IMG/VR virus record: IMGVR_UViG_3300045988_176983 | Coordinates: 1-60,301 of that record | DNA: 60,301 nucleotides | Reading direction: 5' to 3' (one strand) | DNA from: a virus | Shown here: piece by piece, positions 1-9,191 of the stretch | Numbering within the stretch: the stretch's first letter is position 1 | How the letters are laid out: every line of letters begins with the position of its first letter | Position numbers and translations under genes: made by a program | The notes under the pieces: generated by a model | What the model saw: only the letters and a program-made list of their open reading frames with translations | Database searches by the model: none | Told to the model about the DNA's origin: nothing

Positions 1-99
1 AGACTTGCTGAAACCCGAAGAAAAAAAGTGGCTTTTAGGCGTTAAACTAACGGTAAACGCCGAGGCGATAAATAATTCGGCGGAAAGCATAAACAAGGC
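1..99. repeat. Terminal direct repeat, an exact copy of 60203..60301. It is the assembly overlap of a circular or circularly permuted genome.
   Basis: The first 99 nt (agacttgctgaaacccgaag...ataaacaaggc) recur verbatim as the last 99 nt of the window. Confidence 0.95.
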
Positions 100-169
100 T
101 TTAAGCGACTTTTTAACGGTTTTTGAAAGGGAATTAAAAGCACAGGCAGACAAAGAAAAAGGTAATTAA
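1..169 (+). CDS. 3' part of a 103-aa hypothetical protein that starts at 60060 and crosses the circular junction
   Basis: The reading frame from ATG 60060 continues through the 99-bp overlap (position 60203 = position 1) to TAA at 167..169. It lies between terL and the portal gene. Confidence 0.6.
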   Translation, partial: DLLKPEEKKWLLGVKLTVNAEAINNSAESINKALSDFLTVFERELKAQADKEKGN

Positions 170-175
170 AGGACT

Positions 176-2053
176 ATGGCGAAAACGACTACGACACAAC
201 TTAATAACGACGAAAAGCGTGAGCAACAAAAAGCACTTAATCGTGAAAGGGTTGCCCGTTGTCGCGCCAAGAAAAAAGCAAGAGAGCAAGCCGAAAGGAA
301 AGCAAGCGAAATCAAAGCAAACTCGGCGCAGAACGGCGCGAATAATTCTTCTTTTACGCCCGTGTTAGACCGTTTCAGAAGTTTAATGCAGAATTACGGC
401 AGCGCGATTTCGGCGCAAGGGTTTTACTCGGCGTTCAGCAGGGCAGGCGGATATTGGGCGAATATGCCTACGGTGCAAAACCTGCGAATGAAAGGTTTGC
501 AGTCCTTGCCCGCGCCGTACAACAAAGACGATATCGCCGAATTTTTACGCGCTCCGTACCAAAACGAGATTCCGTTAAGGCAGACGAGCGAAACGCTTAA
601 ATGGACGGCTTATCCCTACTTTAAGATAGTAAAAACCTATCAGGACATACCGACTTACCGTTATTACTTCAAGCCGAAATACATAGAAGCCGAGGACGCG
701 AAAGCGAAAGAGTTCAAACGCGAAGCGATTTTACTCGATAAACTCAATAAAGAGTTTGCTCCCGACGTTCAGGCGCATAGGGTGGCGGGCGAAGCCTTAA
801 CGCAGGGCAAAGTTTTCTATTATCCGAGAGTAAGGGTCGATAAAACGCATAATCAGGTAAATTTCGCATTTATGACGGCTCTGCCGATAGATTGGTGTAC
901 GATAATCGGCAGAAACAACGTTTCGGGTTATACGGTTTCGTTCAACCTTATGTACTTTATGCAACCGGGAACGGACGTAAGACAGTACGGCGATTTGTTT
1001 TTGCCGTATCTTGACGATTTCAACGATATGTTTTCCGAGCCGAAAGAAACGGAAAGAAGCAGAAACGTCCGCTACGCAAGCGTTTCGTGTAAGGGCGTAG
1101 ATAAAAGATTTTACTACGACAAGGTTAAAACGAACGCGGCGGGCAGTCCGCAGGTTTTCGAGCAAAACGGCAGATGGTTCTATTACGTAAGTTTACCCGT
1201 CGAAAAGGTGTGGACTTTCGAGATAGACGACACGACCGTAAACGTCGCAAGCCCGTTGAGTGGTTTAATGATAACTTACGCGCAACAGGCGGATTACGAA
1301 AACGCGCAGATAAGTTTGCTCTTAAATCCGCTTATCAAGATATTTACGGGCGAAATACCGTATTTTAACGACGACGGAGCGACAAAACCCGACAATTACA
1401 GACTATCGGAAGCGGGCAAGTTTATGTTTGAAGCCTTTTTCGATAATCTTATGGCGGCAAATAATACGAGCGGAACGGCGTTTTTCTCTGCGCCCGTGCA
1501 AAACATTAAGTCGCACGATTATCCCGAAAGTGCGAACGCGAATAAGGTCGCAAGCAGTTTCAACGAATACGCGACCGAAAAGAGCGGACTTGCCGCAATT
1601 ATCCCGATAAGCGATCCGAAAGCGGGTCAGGCGAATTTGTCGGCAAAGTTGGAAGCGAGATATACCGAATGTATCTATCGTCAATTTGAACGAATGATAA
1701 ATACTATTTATAAATCGCTCAACCTTAATTACGAATGGGATTTCCACTTTTTCGGCACAATCTACACCGAAGAAGAAGAGCGTAAAAACGCAAATACCGC
1801 CATTGCGAACGGCGATATATCGGCGCATTTCGTTTTAGCCGCGCTTGACAGACAGAGTTGGGTAGATAAGTTGTCTATGATGAACGCGATAAAAGAAAGC
1901 GGACTTCTCGATATGCTTATCCCGCCGATAACGAGTTATACGGCGAAACAGGAAAACAGCGGTTTACCGCCTACGGGCGGAAGACCGAAAGCCGAGGGCA
2001 TAACCGAAGGCAACGAAAAAACCGCAGACAGCGGCGACGGCGGTAATCAATAA
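176..2053 (+). CDS. Portal protein (candidate)
   Basis: A 625-aa ORF with an RBS-like aaagga upstream. It is the first large gene downstream of the large terminase. The call rests on size and position typical of portals, not on a recognised motif. Confidence 0.55.
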   Translation: MAKTTTTQLNNDEKREQQKALNRERVARCRAKKKAREQAERKASEIKANSAQNGANNSSFTPVLDRFRSLMQNYGSAISAQGFYSAFSRAGGYWANMPTVQNLRMKGLQSLPAPYNKDDIAEFLRAPYQNEIPLRQTSETLKWTAYPYFKIVKTYQDIPTYRYYFKPKYIEAEDAKAKEFKREAILLDKLNKEFAPDVQAHRVAGEALTQGKVFYYPRVRVDKTHNQVNFAFMTALPIDWCTIIGRNNVSGYTVSFNLMYFMQPGTDVRQYGDLFLPYLDDFNDMFSEPKETERSRNVRYASVSCKGVDKRFYYDKVKTNAAGSPQVFEQNGRWFYYVSLPVEKVWTFEIDDTTVNVASPLSGLMITYAQQADYENAQISLLLNPLIKIFTGEIPYFNDDGATKPDNYRLSEAGKFMFEAFFDNLMAANNTSGTAFFSAPVQNIKSHDYPESANANKVASSFNEYATEKSGLAAIIPISDPKAGQANLSAKLEARYTECIYRQFERMINTIYKSLNLNYEWDFHFFGTIYTEEEERKNANTAIANGDISAHFVLAALDRQSWVDKLSMMNAIKESGLLDMLIPPITSYTAKQENSGLPPTGGRPKAEGITEGNEKTADSGDGGNQ

Positions 2054-2077
2054 ATCAGAAAAAGGAGCGACACTCAA

Positions 2078-2416
2078 ATGATTAGAGATAAAATGAAACT
2101 TGTATTAGACGGCAAAACCGTTGCGGGCGAAAGCGAGGTAATACCCAACGCCGTAGGCGAAATGCTTTTCGTTCAGGTTGACGGCACGGCTTCGGCGTTT
2201 ACTTTGCAGGTGCAAGGTCGTTGCAATCGCGGAAACGGCGATTTTGTCAATCTTACGGGTTTTGACGGCGCGTTTAATACGAAAAGTTCGGTTACTTCTA
2301 CGGGCGTGTACACGTACTACATAGAAGGTATGACCGAACTAAAAGTCAATCTCGTATCTGTCGTAGGCGGCGCGATTTCCGTCTACGCTATGACTACTAC
2401 TTCAAGGGGTAACTGA
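2078..2416 (+). CDS. Hypothetical structural-module protein (112 aa)
   Basis: RBS aaaggag lies 8 nt upstream of the ATG. The ORF is tightly packed with its neighbours. Confidence 0.6.
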   Translation: MIRDKMKLVLDGKTVAGESEVIPNAVGEMLFVQVDGTASAFTLQVQGRCNRGNGDFVNLTGFDGAFNTKSSVTSTGVYTYYIEGMTELKVNLVSVVGGAISVYAMTTTSRGN

Positions 2417-2417
2417 T

Positions 2418-4667
2418 ATGTCCGACGGTTTCTGGAAAATACTTGCGTTAAAAGGCATAAAAGGCGGCGGTGATACGCCAACGCAAGAAAAAACGGTTGC
2501 TCTCGATATGGCAAACGGCAATCAGATAATAACACCCGACGACGGCAAAATAATGACCCAAGCCACGGTATTAAAGCCTGCGACTATGGTTGCGGGGAAT
2601 ATCAAAAACGGCGTGAATATCGGCGGCGTGGTCGGTAGTTTAGTTGGGAAGTTGCCCGAAGAAACTAAAACTGTCGATTTGGCTATGGCGAACGGTAATC
2701 AGACCGTTAATACCGACAGCGGAAAGACAATGAGTGCCGTCGTAATAAGAAAACCCGCCACGTTAGTACCGTCGAATATAAAGAAAGACGTTGATATTGG
2801 CGGAGTTGTCGGCTCTATGGAATCGGGTGCGCTCGACGGACTTGTAGACGGTTCTATCACAAATTTCGTTATGCCTGCCGATAAAACGCAGATAGTACAA
2901 TATCGTTTTTACGGTTTTGAAAATTTGGTTTCGGCGGATTTAGGCAACGTTCAGGATATAGGCAATTACGCGTTTTATCAATGCGTTAATTTGGCGAGTA
3001 TAACGCTTCCCGAAACGACCGAAAGTATAGGCAATAATGCGTTTGACGGTGATTCAAACGTTACGCATTTAAGCGGAACTATCGACGGAAATATCGGCGA
3101 TTACGCTTTCAGAAATTTAATTAAAGTCAGCGAATGTGATTTTTCCGATTTTAATATTCATTCTTTGGGTCAGTATGCGTTTTCGGCTTTTGGCGGGGCG
3201 AGAACGAATCCGTCTCAAAATTTGCTCGTCGTAGACTTGTCAAAATCCGACTTAAACAAAATACCTCAATATTGTTTCGGCACGAGCAGTTCTACGAACA
3301 AAATAAAATATATGCAATTTACTTTCCCGAGTACCGTAAAATCGATAGACGGTTACGCCTTCGCTTATGCGGATAATTGTGATTTCTATTTTGCAAGTTC
3401 AACGCCGCCTACGTTATCGGCTACTACCGTATGGAATAATATTACTAACAGTAAAATATTCGTGCCGTATGGTTCGATAAACGCTTACAAAACTGAGACG
3501 AATTGGACTACGCAGGCAAGTAACATTATCGGTTACGTCGGCGCGGGAGTGTTATCCGTCGGAAGCGAGTTGCCAACTCTCGGCGCAGAAGGCTACGCTT
3601 TGACTTGGTTCAGCGACAAGGCTTGCACGGTATCCGCAACGACCGTCGAAAACGCCGATACGACGTATTATTGCACGATTGGCACTGAAAAAATCGGCTA
3701 CGGAGTTAAAACCGTTTATGCACAGTCTTGCGGCGTTACGATTTCCGACGGAACGAAAACCTATCGTGAAGGCGACGGTATTCTAACGGGTACGGTTGTA
3801 ACTATAACGACGGCGGCTACCGAAAGCGGATTTGTACCTTATCTCTTACAGGTAAACAATCAGGACTTCACGAGTGGCGATACGTTTACAATGAACGAAG
3901 ACCTGAATATTACTGCGATTTATTGGGATGGCGAAAATATTCCCGTACTGCCTGTATTCGGCGATAACAGTTGGGTTATGATACGACAAGCCTTCCGAAA
4001 CGGAATTGCCGCAACGTTGTGGGCTGTCGGCGACCAGAAAGAAGTTACGCTCGGCGACGGGAATACGTATCATATCAGAATTGCCGATATGCAATCGGGT
4101 AGATATAATCTTACCGATGGTAGCGGAACGACAAAAGGCGTTCTCGAATTTGTCGAGAGTTTACCAACGGGGTACGCTATTAACTCGTCGCAAGTTACGG
4201 ATGGCGACGTAACGGCATTTACGGCAGGCGGTTGGGCAATGTGTCAAATGAAGAACACTACTCTTGACGTAACCGTGTGGGGTTGGTTGACCGACGATAT
4301 GAAAAAAGCAATCAGTGAAATCACTCTTAACGAGTACAGTTATTCTTCGCCGTCGCCTCGTGAAAGTACGAATAAATTATTCTTACCCGCCGAAACCGAG
4401 ATTTTTATGTCGCGACATAAATCAGGCGAAGGAAGTCAAACGGGTTGCATAAAATATGATAGATTTGATTATTATGCCAGTGCGATAAACGATGAAGATT
4501 CACCAGTAAGGCAAAAGCACATGGTTGGAGGAACTCTCGTTAGTTGGGGGTTGCGGTCGCCAGTAGAGAGTAGTAAGTTTGATTTTTGCCGTGTTGGTTT
4601 TTACGGCAGTTACGACACAATTGGTGCAAGCAACGCAATAATGGTTTCCCCATGCTTTGCAATATAA
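2418..4667 (+). CDS. Leucine-rich-repeat (BspA-type) surface or receptor-binding protein with N-terminal tandem repeats
   Basis: 749 aa. It carries repeated IGxxAFxxCxxLxSIxLP-type LRR units (for example IGNYAFYQCVNLASITLPETTESIGNNAF). The C-terminal LFLPAETEI...WGLRSP motif resembles the WLRSP domain of gut Firmicute surface proteins, as recalled from memory. Confidence 0.7.
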   Translation: MSDGFWKILALKGIKGGGDTPTQEKTVALDMANGNQIITPDDGKIMTQATVLKPATMVAGNIKNGVNIGGVVGSLVGKLPEETKTVDLAMANGNQTVNTDSGKTMSAVVIRKPATLVPSNIKKDVDIGGVVGSMESGALDGLVDGSITNFVMPADKTQIVQYRFYGFENLVSADLGNVQDIGNYAFYQCVNLASITLPETTESIGNNAFDGDSNVTHLSGTIDGNIGDYAFRNLIKVSECDFSDFNIHSLGQYAFSAFGGARTNPSQNLLVVDLSKSDLNKIPQYCFGTSSSTNKIKYMQFTFPSTVKSIDGYAFAYADNCDFYFASSTPPTLSATTVWNNITNSKIFVPYGSINAYKTETNWTTQASNIIGYVGAGVLSVGSELPTLGAEGYALTWFSDKACTVSATTVENADTTYYCTIGTEKIGYGVKTVYAQSCGVTISDGTKTYREGDGILTGTVVTITTAATESGFVPYLLQVNNQDFTSGDTFTMNEDLNITAIYWDGENIPVLPVFGDNSWVMIRQAFRNGIAATLWAVGDQKEVTLGDGNTYHIRIADMQSGRYNLTDGSGTTKGVLEFVESLPTGYAINSSQVTDGDVTAFTAGGWAMCQMKNTTLDVTVWGWLTDDMKKAISEITLNEYSYSSPSPRESTNKLFLPAETEIFMSRHKSGEGSQTGCIKYDRFDYYASAINDEDSPVRQKHMVGGTLVSWGLRSPVESSKFDFCRVGFYGSYDTIGASNAIMVSPCFAI
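2490..2819 (+). repeat. Intragenic tandem duplication (two units of about 51 aa, 59-aa period)
   Basis: KTVALDMANGNQIITPDDGKIMTQATVLKPATMVAGNIKNGVNIGGVVGSL is repeated as KTVDLAMANGNQTVNTDSGKTMSAVVIRKPATLVPSNIKKDVDIGGVVGSM. Confidence 0.85.
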
Positions 4668-4718
4668 TCAAGTAATCTAAAAAATCGCCTCGCACCAAAG
4701 CGAGGCAAAGGAGTAAAA

Positions 4719-4946
4719 ATGGCGGTAATCGAAATTTACCCCTACGTTGACGAACAGGGGATAGAACACGAAAATCTCGTACAGCACAAAAGCGACGAGA
4801 ATAAACAAATTATCCAACTTGAAACGGGCAGAATATACGACGAGGCGATAGATTCATATCCTTGCAGATACACCTACGCCGAAATGATTCAGCCCGAAGA
4901 GAAAGAAATCGACGAAAACGTAGAGGCGGGAGAAAATGCAAACTAA
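4719..4946 (+). CDS. Hypothetical acidic protein (75 aa)
   Basis: RBS aaaggag is present. The ORF overlaps the next ORF start. Confidence 0.55.
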   Translation: MAVIEIYPYVDEQGIEHENLVQHKSDENKQIIQLETGRIYDEAIDSYPCRYTYAEMIQPEEKEIDENVEAGENAN

Positions 4947-5145
4947 TCGATACGCTTCTACGGGTTTTGCCCCGACGAATATACCGAGTAAAAGCGTACC
5001 TTCGTATACGGATATTCCCGATAACATAAAGACGATCGAGCGACTTGCAGAAGAGTGCAGACGGCGCGGTAATCGGCTTGAAATTATGAACGGTAAAGTG
5101 TACGAAGTAAAGCGGACTTTGCTTATGGAGTTAGATAAGGTATGA
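4936..5145 (+). CDS. Hypothetical protein (69 aa)
   Basis: RBS ggcgggag is present. There is a coupled ATGA overlap with the next gene. Confidence 0.5.
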   Translation: MQTNRYASTGFAPTNIPSKSVPSYTDIPDNIKTIERLAEECRRRGNRLEIMNGKVYEVKRTLLMELDKV

Positions 5146-5675
5146 AAAAGAGAGATTTTTACAATTACGACAACGCAGATTTTGCGTTTCTTAAACCGCT
5201 TATGCGTAAAATTATGACCGCATACGGCGAAGCGGAAAGGTTTTTCGCTTTCATAAAAGAGATAACTTGGGCGAAGTTCGGCTTAAAATCGCTTACGGGG
5301 TACATACACTCGCTCGAACACAAGCAACCCGATTACGTTGACGATTTTAAGGCTATTTTAGCCGAAAAGGGCTTGATAGTCGAATATCCGCCTATAAACG
5401 AACTCGTCGAAGAATTTGACGACCTCGATAAGGTTTTCGAGGTTTGCGTGGGTATAATCGACGAAACGGACGAAACGTTAAGAGAGTTCGTATTCGTTGT
5501 TGACGGCGAACACAGAGAGTTTTCCGCTCTTGCGAGAAAGGTCGAAGACCTGCAAATGCGTAACAGCGCGGACAGAGCGTTTTTGTTGGACGCATGGTCT
5601 ATGTGGGATAACGAGCCGTCGTACAGTTCTTTCGACAATTGGGTAAAGAACAACGCGCCGCAGATAAAAGAGTAA
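5142..5675 (+). CDS. Hypothetical protein (177 aa)
   Basis: Coupled start (ATGA). No motif was recognised. Confidence 0.55.
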   Translation: MKKRDFYNYDNADFAFLKPLMRKIMTAYGEAERFFAFIKEITWAKFGLKSLTGYIHSLEHKQPDYVDDFKAILAEKGLIVEYPPINELVEEFDDLDKVFEVCVGIIDETDETLREFVFVVDGEHREFSALARKVEDLQMRNSADRAFLLDAWSMWDNEPSYSSFDNWVKNNAPQIKE

Positions 5676-5706
5676 GCATGGCGACGAGTAAAAAAATTGG
5701 TGGATT

Positions 5707-6357
5707 ATGGCAGAACTTAAATCTATGGACGAGTTAAGGCAACTCGCCGAAAAAGAAATCGAAGAAAAAAAGAATAAAACCGAAGTCGCCGTAAAGCCCG
5801 CCGAAAGCAATCAAACGAGCGTAATGGACGTTGTAAAGGACAAAGAGAACGAACTGTTACAAACGAAAGAAGTGCAGGAATTAGGGCGTAGGTGCGGCGA
5901 AGAACGGATAAAATCCGACTTGGCGAAAGAAGCGAGCGAAATCCGCAAAAGAAACGTGCAAACCGCCGAAAGCCTTTACGAAACGGAAACGCGGGAATTA
6001 AGGCTCAAACACCTGCGGGCGCAACTCAATCGGCAACACAAGTACGAAATGGACACTCTCGAACAGGACGCGCGGCACACTCAAATGCTTAACAAGCGCA
6101 GAAAGCAAGTCGAAAAGTTCTTGTATTTATACAACAGCGCGCCCGAAAATATGGTCGAAGTCGTAGACGGCAAAGGAGAAAAGTACAAAGTGCCGAAAGA
6201 TTTCTCTTATTCGGATTTCGTAAACAGATTCCGTCAACTCGGCAGAAACTTATCCAAACTCGACAAGCCCATACTTCAAACGATAAAATGGGCGATAATT
6301 CTCGGCGTAGGCATAGGGATTATATTCCTTTTGAAACGCTTCGGAATTATCAATTAA
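5707..6357 (+). CDS. Coiled-coil protein with a C-terminal transmembrane anchor (216 aa)
   Basis: Charged, heptad-like sequence followed by WAIILGVGIGIIFLL at the C-terminus. Confidence 0.55.
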   Translation: MAELKSMDELRQLAEKEIEEKKNKTEVAVKPAESNQTSVMDVVKDKENELLQTKEVQELGRRCGEERIKSDLAKEASEIRKRNVQTAESLYETETRELRLKHLRAQLNRQHKYEMDTLEQDARHTQMLNKRRKQVEKFLYLYNSAPENMVEVVDGKGEKYKVPKDFSYSDFVNRFRQLGRNLSKLDKPILQTIKWAIILGVGIGIIFLLKRFGIIN

Positions 6358-6452
6358 CACAGATAAACGTCTTTTTTCAAGGAAGAGCAATGGTGGAAAC
6401 GGACTTTATAAAAAATAATTATCAAAAATCTATAAAAGGAGAGTAAACGAAA

Positions 6453-6770
6453 ATGGATTATGACGTTATCAATAAAGACCACGTTATCGTGGCTGAAATT
6501 GAGAAAAGACAAGCACTCGTAGACGATTACGAAAACAAAATCGTAAGACGGGCGCAACTCGCGGTCGAACTTGAAAACCTCGACAAAGAAATCGCTTCCA
6601 CCGATAAGAACAGATTATCCGCCGAAATCGTCGAACTCGAAGACTGCGCGGCTAAACTCGGACTTATCAGATACCCCGAACCCGAAGTAGTCGAAGAAGC
6701 CGACGTTGCGGAAGAGGTGCAGGCAGAAGCGACGGACGAGCCTGCGGCAGAACCGCAACTCGCTTATTAA
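6453..6770 (+). CDS. Hypothetical acidic coiled-coil protein (105 aa)
   Basis: RBS aaaggag is present. The C-terminus is rich in Glu and Ala. Confidence 0.5.
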   Translation: MDYDVINKDHVIVAEIEKRQALVDDYENKIVRRAQLAVELENLDKEIASTDKNRLSAEIVELEDCAAKLGLIRYPEPEVVEEADVAEEVQAEATDEPAAEPQLAY

Positions 6771-6790
6771 GTCGCGGAGGTAAAAAGGTT

Positions 6791-7111
6791 ATGTTAGATT
6801 GTATCAGACAGGAACTTCAAAAGACCAAAGCGAATATCGAAGCGTTGAAACAGTCCGAAATCGCAAATCAGAAAGCCAAAGCGAATATCGAAGTTATCGA
6901 ACCCGAAATGACAAGGCTCGAAACCGAAAAGCAGAAATGCTTAACTACCGCAAAGGCAGCCTACGATAAGCAGGTTTCCGAGATAATCAACAGTTACGAT
7001 TTGCAGAAAGCCGCTTTCAAGGATAAGGCTAACGAAAAGATTCAGGCAAAAGTAGAAGAAAGTTTCAAAGCCGTTATTACCGAAATCGATAAACAACTCG
7101 CCGCTGAATAA
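6791..7111 (+). CDS. Hypothetical coiled-coil protein (106 aa)
   Basis: RBS gcggaggt is present. It contains an internal KAKANIE repeat. Confidence 0.5.
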   Translation: MLDCIRQELQKTKANIEALKQSEIANQKAKANIEVIEPEMTRLETEKQKCLTTAKAAYDKQVSEIINSYDLQKAAFKDKANEKIQAKVEESFKAVITEIDKQLAAE

Positions 7112-7123
7112 GGAGGGATAGTT

Positions 7124-7654
7124 ATGGATTTTGTAGTAAACGTACTGCATAATCGCTATTATATGATATGGATTATGGCGGCTATTATATTTCTTCTTAC
7201 GCAGGCAATCAAGATACCTATAAAGCATTTTACGGCAAAAATAAAAGTAGAAAGAACCCGTAAAACGGTAAATTCGGTAATACTTTTACTGCCGTTTGCG
7301 CTTGGTTGCTTGGGTGAATACTTATACGATACTTATTTAATGAAAACTGCTTTTGACGTTGCCGCAGGTTTTATTCTCGGCGGTCAGTCTATTGCTCTTT
7401 ACGGCATATTCGAGAGATTTTTAGGCGTAAAGATAGAAAATCCCTACGATTGCGAAGAAGGGAAAGCGGTACTCGAAAAGGTTGACGAAGCGGTTGCAGA
7501 CGGAACTATTACTACTGACGAAATCAAAGAAATCGCAAGTGCTTCGGTAAACGGAAAAAGCAAAAAAACGAAAAAAGCCGATAAAAAGGCTGAAACGGTC
7601 GAAGAAACGCCCGATACTCTGCAAGAGTTTATCGACGGTATCGACTTAAAGTAA
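7124..7654 (+). CDS. Membrane protein with three predicted TM helices and a charged tail (holin candidate)
   Basis: RBS aaggaggg is present. Hydrophobic segments are YMIWIMAAIIFLLTQAI, VILLLPFALGCLGEYL and AAGFILGGQSIALYGIF, followed by a Lys- and Glu-rich C-terminus. Confidence 0.35.
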   Translation: MDFVVNVLHNRYYMIWIMAAIIFLLTQAIKIPIKHFTAKIKVERTRKTVNSVILLLPFALGCLGEYLYDTYLMKTAFDVAAGFILGGQSIALYGIFERFLGVKIENPYDCEEGKAVLEKVDEAVADGTITTDEIKEIASASVNGKSKKTKKADKKAETVEETPDTLQEFIDGIDLK

Positions 7655-7713
7655 AATCAACACAACTGAATATATAGCGGTTTCGCCAAACGGGGCGTAA
7701 ACGACAGCCAAAC

Positions 7714-7770
7714 GGGGCTATGAGAGAACTATCGGGATATTATTCCTGACGGTTGCTCGTAGCCCCTTTT
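7714..7770 (+). terminator. Hairpin plus T-run after the membrane-protein gene
   Basis: ggggctatgag (7714..7724) pairs with ctcgtagcccc (7756..7766) with one G-T wobble, and is followed by tttt. Confidence 0.5.
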
Positions 7771-7803
7771 ATATATTCAAAAAAGGCAAGCAGGTAAACG
7801 ACG

Positions 7804-9171
7804 ATGAGCAAATTCAAAACGATAACCGAAAACGGGAAAACTTACAATTCTTTTATCGGTAAACTTAAAATTCTTGCCGAAAAAGACGGTTGGCGGCAGA
7901 AAGCGGAATTATGGCTTCTCAACGATATAACGAACAACAACGATTGGCGTTACGAGCGTTTGGAAGAGCATAAAAACCTTTTTGCGAAAACGCCTATACT
8001 CGTCGCTTATGTGGGCGACAAAATCGGCGACGGACACAATTTCAGAGAGGTAAGCAACCCCGACGGAAGCGTTATCGCTTCGTTTATGAGTTCTACCGCC
8101 GAAAGAATAGTCGGTTTCTTCGATAACGACAGCGATATAAGAATCGAAGAAAAAGACGGTAAAAAATGGATAGTAGGCATTGGGTATATCTGGCAATGGT
8201 ACGCGCAGGAGTTGGTGGCAAAAATCAAGAAACAGGGTCTTGACGGAATGTCTATCAGCATAGAAACCCTCGTTGACGAAATGCACAAAGAAGGTTCTAC
8301 CGAAGTGTTTACCAAATACCAGATACTCGGCACGACTATATTGGGCGACGACGTAGCCCCCGCTGTAACGGGAGCGAATATCAGAGCCTTATCCGCTTTG
8401 GGCGTTGACAAGATTAGAGAAGAGACGTTACGAGTCGCGTCAATGCAAGAGCAAAAACAAAAAAATCCGCAATCAAAAACAAAAAAGGAGAACAAAGTAA
8501 CAGTTATGAAACTCAAAGACTTAAAAAACGGTAAGTTCAACGGGTTCAGAGTTGTCGGCGTAGACGGCGAAAAAGTCGCTCTTTTATCGCTCGACAAAAA
8601 CGACGCTTTTGTTTCTACCGCAGTTCAAGACAACGGCGAAATAGTCGAGGGCGTTAAAACCGCCGTCAACGCGACTGTTGTTTTTGGCGAAGGTGAGAAC
8701 GAAGTAAAAGTTGCCCTCGACGCGGTAATCGAAGATTTGACCGCCGAAAACGCCGAACTTAAAGCCGAACTCAATTCGGTCAAAGAAGGCAAAGAAGCCG
8801 TCGAAAAATCGCTTAAAACTATGCAGGATGCCGAAATGGCGCGTAGAAAAGAAGCGGTTAAAAACGCCGTCCGCGAACAACTCGCGAAGAACAGAGAAAA
8901 TTCTCTCGCCGATATCGCGGATAACGAGTGCGACGACCTTTTGACCGACGAAAAAGTCGCAAAGTATTCCGAAATGGAAGAAGACGGCAAGTTCGTTGGC
9001 GACGAAAAGGCGCGTTGCGACGTTGACGCGCGTTGTATGAGCATAATTCGCGAACAAAACAAAGCGAAAATGCAGAAGGCTTTCGCTTGGGAAATTCCCA
9101 AAACGAACTCCGATAAGAACAACGGCGGCGACGACGTTCAAAACCTTATCGACAAAATGACTAATCAATAA
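7804..9171 (+). CDS. Capsid scaffolding / prohead protease-like protein
   Basis: 455 aa, immediately upstream of the capsid genes. A globular N-terminal half is followed by a long acidic coiled-coil C-terminal half (AENAELKAELNSVKEGKEAVEKSLK...). The protease part is not proven. Confidence 0.5.
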   Translation: MSKFKTITENGKTYNSFIGKLKILAEKDGWRQKAELWLLNDITNNNDWRYERLEEHKNLFAKTPILVAYVGDKIGDGHNFREVSNPDGSVIASFMSSTAERIVGFFDNDSDIRIEEKDGKKWIVGIGYIWQWYAQELVAKIKKQGLDGMSISIETLVDEMHKEGSTEVFTKYQILGTTILGDDVAPAVTGANIRALSALGVDKIREETLRVASMQEQKQKNPQSKTKKENKVTVMKLKDLKNGKFNGFRVVGVDGEKVALLSLDKNDAFVSTAVQDNGEIVEGVKTAVNATVVFGEGENEVKVALDAVIEDLTAENAELKAELNSVKEGKEAVEKSLKTMQDAEMARRKEAVKNAVREQLAKNRENSLADIADNECDDLLTDEKVAKYSEMEEDGKFVGDEKARCDVDARCMSIIREQNKAKMQKAFAWEIPKTNSDKNNGGDDVQNLIDKMTNQ

Positions 9172-9191
9172 AAATAAAGGAGAACTCAACT

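Noticed and set aside
797-1165. Antisense or alternative-frame ORFs inside long genes. Examples: 797..1165, 1403..1828, 8007..8597, 8584..9189, 9846..10397, 13166..13966, 16970..17593, 19197..19736, 29044..29571, 33897..34649, 50589..50972 and 52450..52905.
   Set aside because: - They lie wholly within better, RBS-preceded ORFs on the other strand or frame.
- They have Arg/Ser/Leu-rich, low-complexity translations typical of shadow frames in CG-rich codon usage.
2418-4667. A diversity-generating retroelement targeting the LRR or Ig-like proteins.
   Set aside because: No reverse transcriptase ORF and no template/variable repeat pair were found anywhere in the window.
4686-4715. The hairpin gcctcgc-accaaa-gcgaggc after the LRR gene, considered as a terminator.
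   Set aside because: No T-run follows on the + strand. The only T-run is on the minus strand, where nothing is transcribed. It may be an mRNA-stabilising hairpin at most.
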